Assembly (NCBI GenBank): GCA_052034685.1
Contig: JBPOIH010000007.1
Location: forward strand, 13,249-77,248
DNA: 64,000 nt
Source: Patescibacteria group bacterium
Lineage (GTDB): Bacteria; Patescibacteriota; Saccharimonadia; Saccharimonadales; CAYUUR01
Reading direction: 5' to 3'
Of the stretch, positions 37,329-46,901 are shown piece after piece. The notes beneath the pieces were generated by a model that worked only from the letters and a program-made list of their open reading frames with translations, made no database searches and was not told the DNA's origin. Both the position numbers and the translations under genes were made by a program. Position 1 is the first letter of the stretch. Each line of letters starts with the position of its first letter.

Positions 37329-39803
37329 TTATTCGTGAGCAGCTGAGTACGTCAATTTGCGCGCTTTGGAACCGACATGCACAATACTACCCTTGTGATA
37401 CTTGTTGCTCAGAAGCTCTACAGCGATATGATCTTCAACGGTTTCCTGTATCAAGCGTCGCAATGGACGAACGCCGTTTTTGGCATCATAGCCATGCTCA
37501 AGCAAGTACTCTTTTGCTGTTTTTGACAGCTCTAGTCCAAGCCCATGCTTGACTAAGCGTGTGCGTAGTTCATCCACTTGCAGATCAAGAATCTTCAACA
37601 CATCTGGTTTTGTGAGTGCTCTGAAGACAATTGTTTTGTCAATTCTGTTGATTAGCTCTGGTCTCATCAATTTCTTGAGTTCATCATGCACCTTATCCTT
37701 GTTGCGCTTATGGAGTGCGTCGAGGTCTTTGAGATCTTTGCTATCTGCCGCGTGAAAACCGAGGTTCGCTTCCTTCTGAAGCTTTTCAGCCCCTATGTTG
37801 CTAGTCATGATAATGATCGTGTTACTGAAGTCAATCTTACGGCCTTTTGCATCGGTCAATACACCATCCTCAAGAATCTGTAACAGCATGTTGAACACCT
37901 CAGGGTGGGCTTTTTCAATCTCATCGAACAGAACAAGACTGTAAGGCTGTCGGCGTATCTTATCTGTCAGCTGGCCGCCTTCGTCATAGCCCACATAACC
38001 CGCTGGAGCACCAACCAGTCGAGATACGTTGTGTCGTTCACCAAACTCGCTCATGTCAATTTTGATAAGCGCATCTGCGCTACCAAAGAACTCACGTGCC
38101 AACACACGTGCCAATTCTGTTTTTCCGACTCCAGTTGGACCAAGAAAGACAAAGGAACCAATTGGACGGTTGGCACTGCTTATCCCTGAACGGTTACGTC
38201 GTACAGCCTTGGCAACCGCTTCAACAGCTTCATCTTGACCGATCACATATTTGGCAAGTTGCTTTTCAAGATTTAATAAGTACTTTGCCTCTGAACGAAT
38301 TACTTTGGTAACCGGCACCCCTGTCATACGTGAGACAACATCCGCAACGTCCTCACTTTGCATCACAATTGGACTGTCACTTTTGGTATCGAGTTTGAGT
38401 TTTTTGAGCTGCTCGTCGATCTGGCTTGCGCGTGTTTTGTGCTGGGCAGCCAATTCATAATCTTCATTGTCGACCGCTTCATCAATGCGAGCATTCTCTA
38501 ATTTTAGCTCTTTTTGGAGCTTGCGGACTTCAGGTGGTGTTTTGCCCTTATCAACACGAAGGTGAGCTGCAGTTTCATCGAGCAAGTCGATTGCTTTATC
38601 TGGCATGAACCGATCATTGATGTAACGTTTCGCAAAAGTTACCGTATCATCAAGCACTTCGTCACTTACCTTTACGTTGTGATACTCCTCATAATGCTTG
38701 CGTAGACCCTTGAGGATACCGAGCGTTTCGCCAACATTAGTTTCTGGCACCACAATTGGTTGAAAGCGTCTTTCCAACGCAGCATCCTTCTCAATATGCT
38801 TGGTGTATTCGGCTGTAGTTGTGGCGCCAATCACCTGTATCTTTCCACGTGCTAACGCTGGCTTCAAGATGTTGCCAGCATCCATGGCGCCTTCAGCAGC
38901 CCCAGCGCCGACAATAAGATGTAACTCATCGATAAACACGATAGACCGTGTATCATTTTCCAGCTCATGCATTACTTTCTTGAGACGTTCTTCAAATTCC
39001 CCACGGTATTTTGTACCGGCAATCATGCCAGCAAGATCAAGCATGATAATGCGCTTATCAAGCAAGCTATCAGGTACCTCTTCAGTAATAATCCGTTGGG
39101 CAAGACCTTCTACAATAGCAGTTTTACCAACACCAGGCTCCCCAATGAGAACGGGGTTATTCTTCGTCCGACGGTTCAAAATAGTTATGAGCCTGCGAAT
39201 TTGGTTCTCGCGGCCAACAACAGGGTCAAGTTTGCCGTTTTGAGCCATGTGCGTCAGATCTGTTCCATAAAAATCAAGTGCGGTCTTACGTCCCTTCTTG
39301 CCACGCCGTTTATCCTGAGTCGAGGACTCACCCGCCTCATATTGCTGTCGATTCAGGAACTGCTCTAGCTCACTCAGCAATGCCTCAACATCAACATTCA
39401 TATCACGCAGCATAACTGTTGCACGAGCATTCTTCTGACTAAGAATACTGTAGAGGATATGTTCAGTGCCGCAATGTTCTTGGGCAAAGTCTTGGGATAC
39501 GTCATATGCCATGCGCAGCGTCAGTTTAGCTGTTTCGCTAAGATCTTTCGCGCCCATGTTAACAACAACCGTGTTTGGCGTTAAGTTAAGCGCCCGACGG
39601 GCACGCTCAAGGGTGATGCCAGCACCATCCAGCAGCTTTGCACCCATGCTTGATTCTTGCGCGAGCAAGCCAAGCAACAAATGCTCAGTGCCGATATACG
39701 TACTACCAAACCCACGCGCAATTGCGTCGGCATGCTTTAGGCTATGCAGTGCGTTTTCAGTAAGATTGTTCAAAAATTCTTGAAAGTCTGGTGAATTTGG
39801 CAT
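37329..39803 (-). CDS. clpC: ATP-dependent Clp protease ATPase, ClpC type
   Basis: Clp-N repeats (GTEHLL), [19 protein letters not shown] motif EDYELAA, LGF ClpP-binding loop. Confidence 0.93.
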   Translation of the reverse strand: MPNSPDFQEFLNNLTENALHSLKHADAIARGFGSTYIGTEHLLLGLLAQESSMGAKLLDGAGITLERARRALNLTPNTVVVNMGAKDLSETAKLTLRMAYDVSQDFAQEHCGTEHILYSILSQKNARATVMLRDMNVDVEALLSELEQFLNRQQYEAGESSTQDKRRGKKGRKTALDFYGTDLTHMAQNGKLDPVVGRENQIRRLITILNRRTKNNPVLIGEPGVGKTAIVEGLAQRIITEEVPDSLLDKRIIMLDLAGMIAGTKYRGEFEERLKKVMHELENDTRSIVFIDELHLIVGAGAAEGAMDAGNILKPALARGKIQVIGATTTAEYTKHIEKDAALERRFQPIVVPETNVGETLGILKGLRKHYEEYHNVKVSDEVLDDTVTFAKRYINDRFMPDKAIDLLDETAAHLRVDKGKTPPEVRKLQKELKLENARIDEAVDNEDYELAAQHKTRASQIDEQLKKLKLDTKSDSPIVMQSEDVADVVSRMTGVPVTKVIRSEAKYLLNLEKQLAKYVIGQDEAVEAVAKAVRRNRSGISSANRPIGSFVFLGPTGVGKTELARVLAREFFGSADALIKIDMSEFGERHNVSRLVGAPAGYVGYDEGGQLTDKIRRQPYSLVLFDEIEKAHPEVFNMLLQILEDGVLTDAKGRKIDFSNTIIIMTSNIGAEKLQKEANLGFHAADSKDLKDLDALHKRNKDKVHDELKKLMRPELINRIDKTIVFRALTKPDVLKILDLQVDELRTRLVKHGLGLELSKTAKEYLLEHGYDAKNGVRPLRRLIQETVEDHIAVELLSNKYHKGSIVHVGSKARKLTYSAAHE

Positions 39804-39968
39804 GTGTTATTCGCCTCCGGCTTATACGACAAACCTACGGTTTTTCTCATCGCGCCGGGCAAAAAATGTGATTTTTGCTCGGGCTGCTCTTTTCCCTCAA
39901 TCGAGGCCGTAAGTTGTCATTTATTTGCGTGCATCCTGCAACGCTCAACTTCTAATATATGGCAAAAA

Positions 39969-39995
39969 TTAGCACTCGTCAACCCAGAGTGCTAA
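39969..39995. promoter_or_regulatory. Perfect CIRCE (HrcA operator) overlapping the clpC promoter
   Basis: TTAGCACTC-GTCAACCCA-GAGTGCTAA; TTGACG-17 nt-TATATT on the minus strand. Confidence 0.92.
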
Positions 39996-40372
39996 TTTAG
40001 CTGACTCTCGTCTATGCGGCCTATTCTAACCAAGTGTTGCACCAGCAAGAAAGCTGCAGCTGGAATGGCTGTTGGCGCAAAATCACTTTCAGAGTCTAAT
40101 ATTTCTGCTTCACGCGATTCATTCATTACATAAGCAACTGCTGCAAAGCCGACAGCTCTTGCGTGGGGATGATCATGCTCGACCAATATGAAGCCGTAGT
40201 GTTCATTACTATCAACAAGATCAATCACCAGACCAGCATCGGCGTCGAAGTTTCGGCGCATCCAGGTAACTGCACCAGTTTCGAGTTGAGAAATCTTGTC
40301 TGCGTAGTAGTCAGGAGGCATGGTATCGCCATAGTCATCCCCTGTAAGCGGGAGTTTTAAACGAGGGTTCAT
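39992..40372 (-). CDS. Hypothetical protein (126 aa)
   Basis: ORF fills the nusA-clpC gap; acidic. Confidence 0.6.
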   Translation of the reverse strand: MNPRLKLPLTGDDYGDTMPPDYYADKISQLETGAVTWMRRNFDADAGLVIDLVDSNEHYGFILVEHDHPHARAVGFAAVAYVMNESREAEILDSESDFAPTAIPAAAFLLVQHLVRIGRIDESQLN

Positions 40373-40387
40373 CGTGTCTTACGGAGC

Positions 40388-41554
40388 CTATTCGCCGTGT
40401 TCTTCGACCGCTTCAATCAAGCTACTTTCAAGTTCCGACTTCTTCTTGAGCTTTGGCGCCTGTTTTGGTGGCTCCGCTTTAGCAGGAGCTTCCTCTACAA
40501 CAGGTTCTGGGGTCTTTTCTGCTGATTCAATGTCAAGCTCATACCCTGTAAGCTTGCTGGCAAGACGTACATTCTGGCCGCTGCGACCGATCGCAATGCT
40601 CAGCTGATCCTCGTTAACAAGCACTTTGGCTTTTTTGGCAGCTTCGTCGATTTGAACACGCTTTACTTCAGTTGGGCTCAATGCATTCTTAATATATTCA
40701 TCCGTTTTGTCGCTCCATACGATGATGTCGATCTTTTCTTGCTCACCGATTTCGCTCATAACGGCGTTGACGCGTGTACCGTGACCACCGACGAATGTAC
40801 CAACCGGGTCAACACCTGGCACCGTGCTATTTACTGCCAGCTTGGTGCGCACACCAGCTTCTCGCGCAATATCTTTAATTTCGACTGAACCGTTTTCCAT
40901 TTCAGGAACTTCTGCTCGGAACAACCACTCAACGAACTGAGTGTTTCCACGAGAAACCACCAATTGTGGCCCTCGGAAGCCCTTTTCTACGTCTTTGAGG
41001 AATACCTTCAGGCGTTGTCCAGGATAGTAGCGCTCACCTTGAATCTGTTCGCTCATTGGCATAATGCCTTGCGCCTTACCGAGCTCAACACGCACAATTC
41101 TACCCTCAACACGAGAAACAATGGCGTTAATAACAGTGCCGATTTTATCTTCGTATTCAGCAAGCACAATGTCACGCTCAGCTTCACGGAGGCGCTGCAA
41201 GATAACCTGCTTAGCAGTTTGAGCAGCTACGCGGCCAAATTCTTCTACCTTCTCAATAATCTCGACAGTTTCGCCAACCTTGGCGTTCTTACGGATTGCC
41301 TGAGCTTGTGTCAGATTGATCTGGGTGAATTCATCTTCGACTTTGTCGACGACTTCTTTAGTCGTATACGCAGTTACTTCTCCGCTATTAAGATTCATAC
41401 TCACACGAACTTCTTGCTCACGATCACCATAGTCACGGCGGTATGCGGCTGCAAGGGCTTGTTCAACAACTTCTTGAACGGTTTCTTCTGGCAAGTTCTT
41501 TTCCTCGGCAATAGCCTTGATCGCTACAGCCAGTTGTTTTAAGTCAAATTCCAT
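40388..41554 (-). CDS. nusA: Transcription termination factor NusA
   Basis: FGRVAAQTAKQVI, S1 and KH domains, AIGRSGQNVRLASKLTG. Confidence 0.98.
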   Translation of the reverse strand: MEFDLKQLAVAIKAIAEEKNLPEETVQEVVEQALAAAYRRDYGDREQEVRVSMNLNSGEVTAYTTKEVVDKVEDEFTQINLTQAQAIRKNAKVGETVEIIEKVEEFGRVAAQTAKQVILQRLREAERDIVLAEYEDKIGTVINAIVSRVEGRIVRVELGKAQGIMPMSEQIQGERYYPGQRLKVFLKDVEKGFRGPQLVVSRGNTQFVEWLFRAEVPEMENGSVEIKDIAREAGVRTKLAVNSTVPGVDPVGTFVGGHGTRVNAVMSEIGEQEKIDIIVWSDKTDEYIKNALSPTEVKRVQIDEAAKKAKVLVNEDQLSIAIGRSGQNVRLASKLTGYELDIESAEKTPEPVVEEAPAKAEPPKQAPKLKKKSELESSLIEAVEEHGE

Positions 41555-41577
41555 GTTTCCTTCTTTCTGTTCTTATT

Positions 41578-41649
41578 AAAAAATCCGACCTGCCGGCCGG
41601 AGTAAACATCAACGACTATTAGTGTAAATTAGACCTGCTGTTTTGTCAA
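41578..41649 (-). promoter_or_regulatory. nusA promoter with a terminator hairpin in the leader
   Basis: TTGACA-17 nt-TACACT (41621-41649); TCCGGCC-GGCA-GGTCGGA-TTTTTT at 41578-41601. Confidence 0.75.
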
Positions 41650-41672
41650 TCGCGCGTGATAGAATGAATGAC

Positions 41673-44228
41673 ATGAGCAAAGCCGTCAAACGACTAATTG
41701 ACCAATTTATTCCAGAAAACTACAGCCTATCACTGCACCCAGATAAAGACGCCATGACCTTCGCAGGCACAATCATCATTACCGGCAAAAAAGTCGGACG
41801 CCCTTCGAAGCGGCTTACTTTTCACCAAAAAGAACTCAAGATACAAAGCGCAAAGATCAAGAAACTTGGCAAGCAGCCGGGCGATGTCGAAGTATCACGA
41901 ATAAACACACACGATAGCTTCGATGAACTGAGACTGCACGCTGACCATCTTATCTACCCAGGAGCCTACCAAGTTACCATTGAATTTAATGGAACTATTA
42001 CTCCACAGATGAACGGCCTCTACCCTTGTACGTTCACACAAGGCGGCAAAGAAAAAACACTACTAGCGACACAGTTTGAAAGCCATCACGCGCGTGAGGT
42101 ATTTCCGTGTATTGATGAGCCTGCCGCCAAAGCGACTTTTGATGTCACCCTGACGAGCCCTAAAGGCGAAACAGTACTCAGCAACACCCCAGTCAAAAAA
42201 CAACAAGAGCGTGACGGCAAGCTTGTTACTCAGTTTGAAACCACGCCAATTATGTCCAGCTATCTACTGGCCTTTGTTATTGGCGAACTCAAGCATAAAC
42301 AGAAAACCACCAAGCAAGGTGTGGTGGTGCGCGCCTTTGCGACACCCGACAATGTTGGCTTCACTGACTTTGGGTTGGATGTTGCTGTTAAAAGCCTGGA
42401 GTTCTATCACGACTACTTTGGTATTGATTATCCACTTGCCAAAAGCGACATGGTAGCTTTACCAGACTTCGCCAGTGGCGCCATGGAAAACTGGGGCCTC
42501 GTCACCTACCGTGAACATTGCATGCTTGTTGACCCTAAAAACACCAGTTTGCCTACAAAGCAATATGTGGCAATGGTCGTCGCACATGAGTTAGCGCATC
42601 AATGGTTCGGGAACCTCGTGACTATGCGCTGGTGGACAGATCTCTGGCTTAATGAAGGTTTTGCGAGCTGGATAGAGTATATGGCGGTCGATGCTTTGTT
42701 TCCAGAGTGGCGGATGTGGACACAGTTTATCGTCGACGAGCAGCAGTCGGCCCTTAAACTAGATGCCCTTGATAACACCCATGCCATAGAAGCGCCGATC
42801 AATCATCCTGATGAAATACGCACAATTTTTGACGCAATCAGCTACAACAAAGGTGCGAGCGTTATACATATGCTGCATGAGTATCTTGGCCCGACTGCAT
42901 TCCGAGACGGTCTCCGCTATTATCTACAGAAGCACCAGTACGGAAGCACCGACACGGTTGATCTCTGGAGTGCCCTGGAAGAAGTATCTAAAAAGCCTGT
43001 GACTGCCTTCATGGAGCGGTGGACAACCCAGCCTGGTTTTCCGCTGGTTGATGCAGAAGTCACGACACATAACATAACTGTATCTCAGCAACGATTCCAT
43101 TACGTCAACCAAGGGCGAACCCACAAAACCCTGTGGCCAATCGCTCTGGAAGGCAACGCTGCTCTCGCGGATGAAGTTCTGGAAGATGTAAGTAAAACAA
43201 TACCCAATCATGGCGACTCAGCCGTGACAAAACTCAACATCGGCCAAAGTGGCTTCTATCGTGTCCATTACAACTCAAGTCATCTACAGAAGCTCAGCGA
43301 AGCTATCAAAGCTGGTCGTCTTGATACGCTTGACCGCCTCGGTATACTGAGCGACGCATTTGAAACTGCCAAGGCAGGACATGGCGACACTGCTGATGTC
43401 CTAAAATTACTGGAAAGCTACAGTAAGGAGTCTGAGGCGCCAGTCTGGGATGTCATTTCTGGTGTAATCGGCAGTATCCGTGGTGTCATGGACAACGAAA
43501 CGCTGCGCGATGACATGCAACCATATATTCGAGAATTGATACAGCCACAACTAGAACGACTTGGCTGGACGAAAGGCAATGATGAAGATTACTTTGACCA
43601 GTTATTACGCCCAACGATTCTCGGGATGGCGTCGGTTGCGGAGGAACCTGGAGTCATTGCGCACGCGCAAGAACTCTTCACGAAAATGAAACAAACAGAA
43701 GACATTTCGCCTGACGTCCGTAGCGTTGTCTACAATACAGTGGCGCGTCATGGCGACAGCGAGACCTTTAAACAGCTTGTGTCCCTCCATAATGATTCTA
43801 CGTCGAGTGAAGAGCGCACGATGCTAGCCGCTGCGATTACTGGTTTTCGACAGCCTGCGCTCATCAAGAAGGCACTTGCAATGGTCGTCACTGACCAGGT
43901 GCGCAAACAAGATGTCGGTTATTGGGTTGCCTACGCGTTTATGAACCGCCACGGCAAGGAAATCGCCTGGGAGTGGCTAAAAACAAACTGGCAATGGCTG
44001 ACTGATAACTTGGGCACTGACCTGAGCTTCGGACGCTTCCCTATCTACGCGGCTCGCTGTTTTAGTGATAAAGCTTTCCTAAAAGAATACAAGAAATTCT
44101 TTGAACCAATTCTGACACCTGCCCTTGAGCGTGCCTATAAACAAGGTGCTGAAATCGTTGAGTGGCAAGCCGACTGGAAGACGCGCGACTTCAAGACAGT
44201 GGCGCACTTCTTTGCCACTAGAAAGTAG
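41673..44228 (+). CDS. pepN: M1-family aminopeptidase with ERAP1-like C-terminal domain
   Basis: ATQFE, GAMENWG, HELAHQWFG...WLNEG, YNKG. Confidence 0.93.
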   Translation: MSKAVKRLIDQFIPENYSLSLHPDKDAMTFAGTIIITGKKVGRPSKRLTFHQKELKIQSAKIKKLGKQPGDVEVSRINTHDSFDELRLHADHLIYPGAYQVTIEFNGTITPQMNGLYPCTFTQGGKEKTLLATQFESHHAREVFPCIDEPAAKATFDVTLTSPKGETVLSNTPVKKQQERDGKLVTQFETTPIMSSYLLAFVIGELKHKQKTTKQGVVVRAFATPDNVGFTDFGLDVAVKSLEFYHDYFGIDYPLAKSDMVALPDFASGAMENWGLVTYREHCMLVDPKNTSLPTKQYVAMVVAHELAHQWFGNLVTMRWWTDLWLNEGFASWIEYMAVDALFPEWRMWTQFIVDEQQSALKLDALDNTHAIEAPINHPDEIRTIFDAISYNKGASVIHMLHEYLGPTAFRDGLRYYLQKHQYGSTDTVDLWSALEEVSKKPVTAFMERWTTQPGFPLVDAEVTTHNITVSQQRFHYVNQGRTHKTLWPIALEGNAALADEVLEDVSKTIPNHGDSAVTKLNIGQSGFYRVHYNSSHLQKLSEAIKAGRLDTLDRLGILSDAFETAKAGHGDTADVLKLLESYSKESEAPVWDVISGVIGSIRGVMDNETLRDDMQPYIRELIQPQLERLGWTKGNDEDYFDQLLRPTILGMASVAEEPGVIAHAQELFTKMKQTEDISPDVRSVVYNTVARHGDSETFKQLVSLHNDSTSSEERTMLAAAITGFRQPALIKKALAMVVTDQVRKQDVGYWVAYAFMNRHGKEIAWEWLKTNWQWLTDNLGTDLSFGRFPIYAARCFSDKAFLKEYKKFFEPILTPALERAYKQGAEIVEWQADWKTRDFKTVAHFFATRK

Positions 44229-44235
44229 CTGCTGT

Positions 44236-44580
44236 TTACTCAATATCTGACGTAAATCCTGTGACCTCGAACTCTTGGCCGGCAACCTCAATAGCCGCCA
44301 GCGAACATGAGCCATCCCATGCGCGAGAGCTTAGCCAGAACTCAGCTGCACGTGACATCTGACGCAGCTTCTTGGTAGTTATGTAGTCAAACCCATCACC
44401 CTGAAGTTTCGAAATACGATACTTTACTTCAACAAAATACACACAAGACTGCTTTTTTGCCACAATATCAATCTCGCAATAGCGTGTACGCCAGTTCCGT
44501 TCTAATATTTTGTAGCCTCGCTTTATCAAGTAGGCAGCAGCAACCGCTTCTGCTTGCCGACCCGTCTCTGTTGTAGTCAT
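44236..44580 (-). CDS. yraN: YraN (UPF0102) family protein
   Basis: G..AE..A..YL, ILERNWR, EIDIV, FVEVK. Confidence 0.9.
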   Translation of the reverse strand: MTTTETGRQAEAVAAAYLIKRGYKILERNWRTRYCEIDIVAKKQSCVYFVEVKYRISKLQGDGFDYITTKKLRQMSRAAEFWLSSRAWDGSCSLAAIEVAGQEFEVTGFTSDIE

Positions 44581-45143
44581 AGCATTTCCCGAATCGGCTT
44601 AAAGCTTCTACGATGCTGATCAGACGGGCCAAACTCAATAAGACACGCTCGGTGATGGGCAGTGCCGTATCCAACATGTCTTTCAAAACCATACTGCGGA
44701 TATTCTTCTGAGAGCTGAATCATGTATGCATCTCTAAGCTCTTTGGCATACACGCTCGCAGCGCTAACAATTGGGTGCAATCTGTCAGCTTTTATAACAG
44801 TATCCACCTGTTGATACTTGGGCTGACAATAATTCACAGCACCATCCATAATGATACGTTCACTTGGCTGGGCCGAAATCGCTCGCAAGGCTCTTTCCAC
44901 ACCAAGTCGCATAGCGTCAGTCAGTCCGGCTCTGTCAACTTCAGCAGCAGTTACCCAGCCTTCGCCAAGCTGGCAAGACGTCATTATATCAACAGTTAAT
45001 AGTTTACGCTGCCTGCTCGAAAGTAGTTTAGAGTCTTTCAGGCCAGTTGGTAGTAGAGAAGTTTGTCGAGCAGCTACAACCAGTAACGGCCCCGCCCAGC
45101 AACCTCTACCAACTTCATCAATACCAATCATGACTTTAAGCAT
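44577..45143 (-). CDS. rnhB: Ribonuclease HII
   Basis: GIDEVGRG, LKDSK, DG, SAASVYAK, GYGT, HRRSF. Confidence 0.95.
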   Translation of the reverse strand: MLKVMIGIDEVGRGCWAGPLLVVAARQTSLLPTGLKDSKLLSSRQRKLLTVDIMTSCQLGEGWVTAAEVDRAGLTDAMRLGVERALRAISAQPSERIIMDGAVNYCQPKYQQVDTVIKADRLHPIVSAASVYAKELRDAYMIQLSEEYPQYGFERHVGYGTAHHRACLIEFGPSDQHRRSFKPIREML

Positions 45144-45146
45144 AAC

Positions 45147-45169
45147 AAAAAACCGCCTTTATGGCGGTT
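45147..45169 (-). terminator. Intrinsic terminator after rplS
   Basis: AACCGCC-ATAAA-GGCGGTT-TTTT on the minus strand. Confidence 0.75.
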
Positions 45170-45191
45170 CATATGTTATGTTCTGGTTTGT

Positions 45192-45653
45192 TTACGCTGC
45201 TGTTTCTGTGTCTTGTTTGGCCTGTTCAGTAGGTATTTCTTCTGTTGGAGCTACTTCTACAACTGGAGCTTCGGCAACGGTGTTGACAGCCTGCTTGTCG
45301 AAGTCGACGCCTGTAAGGCGGGCTGACTTACCGGTTCGGGCACGCATGTATGTGAGGTAGTTGCGGCGTACTTTGCTACGTTTTACAACCTCTACCTTGG
45401 TAACGAGTGGTGAATGTAACATGTACGTCTTTTCAACACCGATACCGCTGGCAATACGTCGAATTGTAATTGTCGCAGTATGGCTCTGTACACGATCAGT
45501 CCGGATAACTAAGCCTTCGAATACCTGAATACGTTCCTTGTTGCCTTCTTTAATTTTTTGGTGAACACGAACAGTGTCACCACTACGAACATCAACAACG
45601 GCGTGTTTCTTGTATTTTTCTTCAATTTTCTGAATGACTGATTGCATAACCAA
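45192..45653 (-). CDS. rplS: 50S ribosomal protein L19 with acidic C-terminal tail
   Basis: GDTVRVH, ERIQVFEG, GVEKT, KVRR. Confidence 0.96.
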   Translation of the reverse strand: MVMQSVIQKIEEKYKKHAVVDVRSGDTVRVHQKIKEGNKERIQVFEGLVIRTDRVQSHTATITIRRIASGIGVEKTYMLHSPLVTKVEVVKRSKVRRNYLTYMRARTGKSARLTGVDFDKQAVNTVAEAPVVEVAPTEEIPTEQAKQDTETAA

Positions 45654-45764
45654 ATCATCTTACACTGTTTCTTTGTTCTTTGCAACACTTTTTACCCTGT
45701 TATTCTACGAATATACATTCATTATTTACACACGTGCTTTGTTAGACAATGCTATGATATATAC

Positions 45765-46901
45765 ATGACAGATTTTGGGAAACTCGCCTTAGAACAACAT
45801 AAAAAACTCCGTGGCAAAATTAGTGTATCGCTAAAAGATAGCCTCGACAGCCAGGACAAACTTAGCACGTATTACACTCCCGGCGTTGCGGCGGTGTCGA
45901 GCTACGTGGCTGAACACCCCAAAGAAACGCGTGACTACACCTGGCTGAATAATGCTGTCGCCGTGATTAGTGATGGCTCAGCCGTCCTAGGACTGGGTAA
46001 CATTGGACCTCAGGGTGCTTTGCCAGTTATGGAAGGTAAAAGCATGTTATTTAAGCATTTTGCAAATGTTGATGCAGTGCCGATTGTACTCGATGTACAC
46101 TCGGCCGACGAGATTGTAGCAGCAGTGCGGGCAATTGCACCGAGCTTTGGTGGCATAAACTTAGAGGATATTGCGGCACCTATTTGTTTTGAAGTTGAAG
46201 AACGGCTGAAAGAAAAACTTGATATCCCAGTATTTCATGATGATCAACACGGTACAGCAATTGTTGTCTTAGCCGGTTTAATCAATTCCATGAAGGTAAC
46301 TGGTCGTCAACTCAAGGATTGTCGGATTGTCGTAGTTGGAGCAGGTGCTGCTGGAACCGCTATCATGAAGCTCCTGCACCGCTATGCGCAACCTGAAATT
46401 CTCGCAGTCGACAGCAAAGGAATCGTATCTAAGGACAGGACAGACCTCAACACTGAAAAGCAAAAACTCCTCACGTTCACCAACCCTAACAACGTAAGTG
46501 GTACGCTCGAGCATGCCCTCATGGGAGCTGACATATTTATCGGTGTTTCGGCAGCTGGTCTTTTGACTGCCGAGATGGTTCAAATGATGAGCGAAAAACC
46601 AATTATCTTTGCTATGGCTAACCCTACACCCGAAATCATGCCAGACATTGCCAAACAAGCCGGTGCCGCTATCATCGCAACCGGCCGCAGTGATTTCCCA
46701 AACCAAGTAAACAACGCCCTGGCGTTTCCTGGCATCTTCCGCGGCGCCTTAGACAACAAAGTTTCGGCCATCACTGACGACCACAAAACAGCAGCAGCTG
46801 AAGTTATTGCTAACCTCGTGGACAAACCAACCGCTGACATGATCATCCCTTCACCACTTGACGACCGACTTGTCCCTTCGATTGCCAAGGTTATTGTTTA
46901 A
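45765..46901 (+). CDS. NAD(P)-dependent malic enzyme
   Basis: YTPGVA, VMEGK, INLEDI, FHDDQHGT, GAGAAG, TGRSDFPNQVNN; start MTDFG preferred. Confidence 0.93.
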   Translation: MTDFGKLALEQHKKLRGKISVSLKDSLDSQDKLSTYYTPGVAAVSSYVAEHPKETRDYTWLNNAVAVISDGSAVLGLGNIGPQGALPVMEGKSMLFKHFANVDAVPIVLDVHSADEIVAAVRAIAPSFGGINLEDIAAPICFEVEERLKEKLDIPVFHDDQHGTAIVVLAGLINSMKVTGRQLKDCRIVVVGAGAAGTAIMKLLHRYAQPEILAVDSKGIVSKDRTDLNTEKQKLLTFTNPNNVSGTLEHALMGADIFIGVSAAGLLTAEMVQMMSEKPIIFAMANPTPEIMPDIAKQAGAAIIATGRSDFPNQVNNALAFPGIFRGALDNKVSAITDDHKTAAAEVIANLVDKPTADMIIPSPLDDRLVPSIAKVIV

